A model generated the notes under the pieces. That model saw only the letters and a list, made by a program, of their open reading frames with translations, made no database searches and had not been told where the DNA came from. Source: Mustelus asterias (taxonomy: Eukaryota). Taken from it: 64,000 nucleotides of DNA. The number at the start of each line of letters is the position of its first letter. Position 1 is the first letter of the stretch. Both the position numbers and the translations under genes were made by a program. The stretch spans positions 69,316,001 through 69,380,000 of the forward strand of contig NC_135818.1 of assembly GCF_964213995.1 (NCBI RefSeq). The letters are read 5' to 3'. Below are positions 61,001-64,000 of the stretch, one piece after another.

Positions 61001-63830
61001 AAATTAGGGGAGAGAGGGGATATCCTTGTTTGGTAAATTGCCACTTGGTGTCCAACGATGTGTAGGTTAGATGGTTTAGTCATGGTAACGTGTGTGGGGA
61101 TAGGGGCTGGAACAGTGGATAGCACTGCTGCCTCACAGCGCCATGGATCTGGGTTCAATTCCGGCCTTGGGTTACTGTCGGTGTGGAGTTTGCACGTTCT
61201 CTCCGTGTCTGCGTGGGTTCCCTCCAGGTGCTCAGGTTTCCTCCCACAGTCTAAAGATGTGCAGGTTAGGTGATTGGCCATGCTCAATTGCCCCTTAGCA
61301 TCAGGGAGATTAGTAGAGTAAATACGTGGGATTATGGGGCTAGGGCCTGGGTGGGATTGTTGTTGGTGCAGGCTTGATGGGCCAAATGGCCTCTTTGTGC
61401 ATTGTAGGGATTCTATGACTCGAGGGGAGGGTGGGCCTTTATAAGATGATCTTTTGGAGAGTCAGTGCAGACTCAACGGGCCAGATGGTCTCTTGCACCA
61501 TAGGGATTCTATGGTACCTTGGTGGAAGTCAAAGAGTGGATATCGTTCATGCCTACTGAGGGAGGAATACAATAAATGTGCATGTTAGGTGGATTGGCCA
61601 TGCTAAATTGCCCCTTAGTGTCAGGAGACTAGCTAGGGTAAATGCATGGGGATAGGGCCTGGATGGGATTGTGGTCGGTGCAGACTCGATGGGCCAAATA
61701 GCCTCCTTCTGCACTGTAGAAGTAAAATGTATTTATTAGTGTCATAAGTAGGCTTACATTCACACTGTAATGAAGTTACTGTGAAAATCCCCTAGTTGCC
61801 ACACTCCGGCACTTGTTCGGGTACACGGAGGGAGAATTTAACATTGCCAATGCACCTAACCTGCACACCTTTGGACTGTGGGAGGAAACCGGAGCATCCG
61901 GAGGAAACCCACGCAGACAGGAGGAGAATGTCCGTGTGGAGTTTGCACAGTGACCTAAGCTGACAATTGAACCCAGGTCCCTGGTGCTGTGAGGCAGCAG
62001 TGTTAACCACTGTGCCGTGCATAGAATTCTATGATTCTGTGAATAGTTTTATCCAATTCAAAAAAACTGGCCCAAAGTGGGGAAAGAAAGCCTTTTCTGC
62101 CTCCATAGAAATAAGAACCTCAGGAAGAGGAGTAGATTAATGCGTTTAAATAACATTGAAAAAAACATCTTAAATTTGAGAAAGATTGTCTGCCCTGTAT
62201 GAAACCTGTCTGGTCAGGAGAGATATTAAATAGAAGGGCTAAGATCGTGGGCTAAGGCTTTAGCTAGTATCTTGATTTCCATCTTTAAAAAGGAAATAGG
62301 CTAGTATGAACTGCAATTCAGAGGATCTTTATCCATTTAAAAGAATGGACAAAGATGCTTCGCACGGTGTAGGAGGGAGCATTTTAGAGAGAAAGCATTG
62401 TGAAAACAGACCATATAATGAGAAAGTCATGATGACAATTTAAATTAAACCATTACAAAGAAAGGATTGAATATTTCTCAACCAAAACTCCTCCATCTGA
62501 AAAATGTTAAAAGCTGCCCAAAAGGAAAATCTATGTATCTTTGGAAAATTACGAGAAGAAGAAATAAAATACAAGTTTTATTAATAAGTGCTGGCCCAGC
62601 CAGTGACACTCATGATCAACTTAGTGCAAGGTAAGTCCATTCAAAAGTCTGATGGCAGCAGGGAAGAAGCTGTTCTTGAGTCGGTTGGTACGTGACCTCA
62701 GACTGGGCGGCATGGTGCACTGTTGCCCCTCAGCGCCAATGACCCAATTTCGATTCCTGGCTTGGCTCACTGTGCAGAGTCTGCACTTTCTCCCCGTGTC
62801 TGCATGGGTTTCTTCCGGGTGCTCCAGTTCCCTTCCGGAGTCCAAAAGATGTGCTGGTTAAGTGCATTGGCCATGCTAAATTCTCCCTCAGTGTACCCGA
62901 ACGGGTGCTGGAGTGTGGCGACTAGGGGATTTTCACAGTAGCTTCATTGCAGTGTTAATGGAAGCCTACTTGTGACACTAATAAATAAGCTTAAAACCTA
63001 AACTCTTGTATCTTTTTCCTGATGGAAGAAGGTGGAAGAGGGAATTTAAAAAAAACATAAAGTTTATGTGTAACTTACTGCAATTAATACAGTTTGAACA
63101 GAAGATACAAAGGGATTGGTTAACCAACTTATCTTGAATGGGAGAGCAGGCTCAAAGGGCTGAATGGCCTACTCTATTTTCTATGTTTCTGTGTTACAGA
63201 ACCAATGCACGTTGTTACCTGAATAAGCAATGAGCACCGTTTAGTCTTGGGTGAAGTTGCATTATGATTTATTAAGGGAAGCTACAAGTGTGTCCTTGGG
63301 AAAAGGCTGAAGCCTCTTGTTGTGTTGAAAATCTTACTCGGTCTGAAAGTTACACATGGGTGAGCAGGGTGGAGAAGGCCATGTTTATGTCCGATTTCAC
63401 AAAGTTGGGCTTCAGTGTCTTTGTATTCTTAATGGTGCTGGGTTAACTTACACTTAGGTCATGGTAGATGAATACCTTACTCCCACGGAAGTATAGTTGC
63501 CCTTTTTCTCAAGTGAGGCACATAATTGACTCTTTCTCTCTATCGTGATTTGGTTTGGGGTGTGGGTGTGCTGTGCTGCTGTTGCAAAGCCAAAGACCGA
63601 TGAGCTCAATCCACTGCCAATGGTGAATCAACTCCTTGCCAAAAACCTCTGAAAGAAGTGCCCCAGTATAAGTTGCAGGGTTTCTCTGTTCTACACCCTT
63701 GGGCACCAAGAGAATCCTTAACTTTTCTGTCCTGCCGCAATTCTCCAGATCATCCACCTTTTGTCGGCAGTTTGGTGTTTTGTGCTTCTAGCTGGGTGCA
63801 GCGAGTTGCCAGAGCTGCAATTTACCCAGG
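58050..63830 (-). mobile_element. Ancient degraded L1-clade element split by later insertions
   Basis: Minus-strand order: ORF1-like DDLENCGR..LRILLVPKGVE (63.7k), GLLHPAH (63.37k), RT DKDPLNCSSY*PISF..KILAKALA..ISPDQTGFIQGR (62.2-62.3k), SFIWNK..GGLALP (59.6k), Zn-knuckle-like DPTGDKCR..HKYWSSPKLVSFW (58.2k). Confidence 0.75.
60135..60945 (-). mobile_element. CR1 3' fragment
   Basis: [31 protein letters not shown]. Confidence 0.85.
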
Positions 63831-64000
63831 ACTGAATATTCAAGTAATGATGTGCATTGGTTCTGTTACACAGAAACATAGAAAATAGAGTCGGCCATTC
63901 AGCCCTTTGAATCTGCTCTGCCATTCAAGATAAGTTGGTTAACCAATTCCGAACGGAGACCAGCAAATTCAGTGAGAATGGTGCTCTGCAAGTCAACAAG

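Noticed and set aside
53922-64000. UBR7 exon 6 (expected HLG..PP..GDF.EMVC)
   Set aside because: Not found by eye; probably lies beyond the window end.

Overview
Vertebrate nuclear DNA, most likely a shark (inferred from HE1-type V-SINEs, DeuSINE/SacSINE1-like SINEs and dense CR1 LINEs). The window holds the syntenic block ITPK1(-), LYSET/TMEM251(+), GON7(-), UBR7(+). Visible coding parts: the first coding exon of ITPK1, the complete 131-aa LYSET CDS, both GON7 exons (95 aa) and UBR7 exons 1-5. GON7 and UBR7 are head-to-head with 231 bp between their ATGs. The rest is mostly transposon-derived: CR1, Rex1/Babar, Tx1, a fossil L1, three tRNA-SINE families, a hAT MITE, and two Penelope-like (PLE) families carrying minimal hammerhead ribozymes. 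There is also a G-rich minisatellite and a 200-N gap. The most unusual element is a ~325-bp retroposed sequence in UBR7 intron 5 with two U2 snRNA-derived heads, a structured body, a poly(A) tail and a 19-23-bp target-site duplication. It looks like a shark analogue of crocodilian SINEU, has two diverged relatives in the window, and sits at a PLE hammerhead. All calls were made by eye; repeat boundaries are approximate and no database search was run.
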